Shown piece after piece: positions 62,468-64,000 of a stretch of 64,000 nt of DNA (within the stretch, counting starts at the first letter, position 1; the number at the start of each line of letters is the position of its first letter). A program made the translations under genes and the position numbers. This stretch comes from Pirellulales bacterium (lineage in GTDB: Bacteria; Planctomycetota; Planctomycetia; Pirellulales; PALSA-1355), in the NCBI GenBank assembly GCA_963733035.1, contig CAVTBU010000005.1, positions 1,248,001-1,312,000 on the forward strand, read 5' to 3'. The notes beneath the pieces are model-generated. The model did no database searches, had not been told where the DNA came from, and saw only the letters and a list, made by a program, of their open reading frames with translations.

Positions 62468-63598
62468 ATGCTTCAGCGGCGGGAAGCCATTCTTGCGTTC
62501 GCGCTGGGTCTGATGGCGCTGATTTTCACCGGCTGTAGCGCCAGCAGCTCGACCGGCGCCAACAGTGCGGCCGACGTCGGAACAAAACGCGTGATCTTGC
62601 TGACCAACGGCGCCGATCCCTTCTGGGACGCCATGCGCGTGGGCATGCAGGACGCCGAGCGCGATTTTAAGCTTCGCGATGCGGGGCTGCGTACGACGAT
62701 GGAAGTCAACGATGGCACGCCCAAGGGCCAGATCGACCGGCTGCGGCAGTTCGCCAATCAGACCGATATCGCCGCGGTCGCGGTTTCGGTGACCGACTCC
62801 AACAACCCCGCCATTGCCCGGGCGATGGAGGAGTGCCAGCGAGCCGGCATCAAGGTGATCGCCATCGATTCGGACGTCGACCGCAAGACGGCGCGAGGGG
62901 CTCGCTTCGCCTACCTGGGCACCGACAACGTCGTCGGTGGTCAGGAACTCGGCAAAGCCGCGGCCGGCATTCGTCCCGCGGGCGGCAAATACGCCACGTT
63001 CGTCGGCCTTAAAGGCGCGGCCAACGCCATCGAGCGCATTGACGGCTTCGCACAAGGCGCCGGCGACAAGTTTCAGCAGGTTGAAAACCTGGGAGACGAC
63101 ATGGACTTGAGCACGGCGCTCAAGAACGTCAAGGATGCGCTCGACCGGCACGCCGATCTGGATGTGTTAGTCGGCATTTGGGCCTACAACGCCCACGCGA
63201 TCGTCGATGTCGTGTCGCAGCGCGGAATTCGCGACAAGGCGACCGTCGTCGTTTTCGACGCCGCGCCGAAGGCCATCGCCGACATGAGCAACGGAAATAT
63301 CGACGCCATGGTCGTCCAAAACCCCTATGACATGGGCTACCGTGGCACGCGGCTGATGAAAGCCCTCGTCGAGGGAGACAACGAAACGATCCACGAAATG
63401 CTGCCGGCATTCGATCCCCAGACGCAGAAGTTCAGCGAAAGCGAGCCCAACGGTGATATCCTGACCACCGGTTTGCGCGTCGTGCATCCCGACGAAGGTT
63501 CGCCGCTCAAGCGAGAGATGTTCCAGGAGTCGACCGAGTTTCTCTCGCTTAGCGACTTCAAAAAGTGGTTGTCTGATCACAATCTGACTGGATCATGA
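62468..63598 (+). CDS. Sugar ABC transporter substrate-binding lipoprotein (RbsB-like)
   Basis: Lipobox [35 protein letters not shown]. Confidence 0.92.
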   Translation: MLQRREAILAFALGLMALIFTGCSASSSTGANSAADVGTKRVILLTNGADPFWDAMRVGMQDAERDFKLRDAGLRTTMEVNDGTPKGQIDRLRQFANQTDIAAVAVSVTDSNNPAIARAMEECQRAGIKVIAIDSDVDRKTARGARFAYLGTDNVVGGQELGKAAAGIRPAGGKYATFVGLKGAANAIERIDGFAQGAGDKFQQVENLGDDMDLSTALKNVKDALDRHADLDVLVGIWAYNAHAIVDVVSQRGIRDKATVVVFDAAPKAIADMSNGNIDAMVVQNPYDMGYRGTRLMKALVEGDNETIHEMLPAFDPQTQKFSESEPNGDILTTGLRVVHPDEGSPLKREMFQESTEFLSLSDFKKWLSDHNLTGS

Positions 63599-64000
63599 TG
63601 ACAACCGCCGGCGAACCGATTCATCCACTGCGGCGTTTGGCTCGCCTGCACTCCAACGAACTGGGTCTGCTGGTGGCCATCGTGGCGGTCATTGCCGCTA
63701 CCACGATCTTCAGCGATGCTTATCGCGAGAAGCCGCTACAAAATGCCCAGGAGATTCTGCGGCAAACGTCGCTGCTAGGCGTGTTCGCCCTCGGCGCGGC
63801 GATCGTGATCATCTCCGGCGGTATCGATTTGTCGAGCGGCTCGGTGATCGCCTTCAGCGGCGCGGTATGCGCGTCAATCATGCTGGCGCTCGCCCCGCTC
63901 GATGAGGCGGGCGCGCCCGACACGGGCAATCTTGGGCTGGGAATTCTCGCGGTCGCAATCGCTGGCGCATTGGTGGCCGGCTTTCTCGTCGGCACACTGC
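63595..64000 (+). CDS. Sugar ABC transporter permease (RbsC-like), truncated by the window end
   Basis: ATGA overlap with the SBP stop; ...[30 protein letters not shown] motif. Confidence 0.9.
   Translation, partial: MMTTAGEPIHPLRRLARLHSNELGLLVAIVAVIAATTIFSDAYREKPLQNAQEILRQTSLLGVFALGAAIVIISGGIDLSSGSVIAFSGAVCASIMLALAPLDEAGAPDTGNLGLGILAVAIAGALVAGFLVGTL

Overview
GC-rich bacterial chromosomal segment. Gene content (PEP-CTERM/dockerin protein, DUF1080, DUF1573, DUF11 lipoprotein, Cys-rich lipoprotein, Ser/Thr kinase, recO-bamD-lptE cluster) points to a planctomycete, probably Pirellulales-like; this is an inference. It is mostly core and envelope genes: a sigma-70 factor, a YtrA-type GntR/ABC operon, rpsA, a Fur-boxed feoA-feoA-feoB operon, cysK, acs, tmk, a WYL regulator, TolC, recO, folP, proA, trxB, asnS, ligD, a hybrid kinase/HD-GYP pair, glcDEF and the start of a sugar ABC operon. 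I saw no rRNA, tRNA, CRISPR array, IS element or prophage, and no obvious multi-gene novel system. The best leads are: (1) an unannotated ~85-nt candidate sRNA with its own promoter and terminator behind rpsA; (2) two small proteins missed by the ORF track, a 37-aa lipoprotein and a 31-aa membrane peptide; (3) an ABC permease carrying a leucine-rich-repeat ectodomain; (4) a 956-aa Zn-ribbon/acidic/TM protein with 14 D[PLE]x-FAP-type repeats; (5) a recurring 9-bp-period promoter motif; (6) three exported-protein genes each broken by a single frameshift. All functional calls come from motif recognition by eye; no database searches were run.
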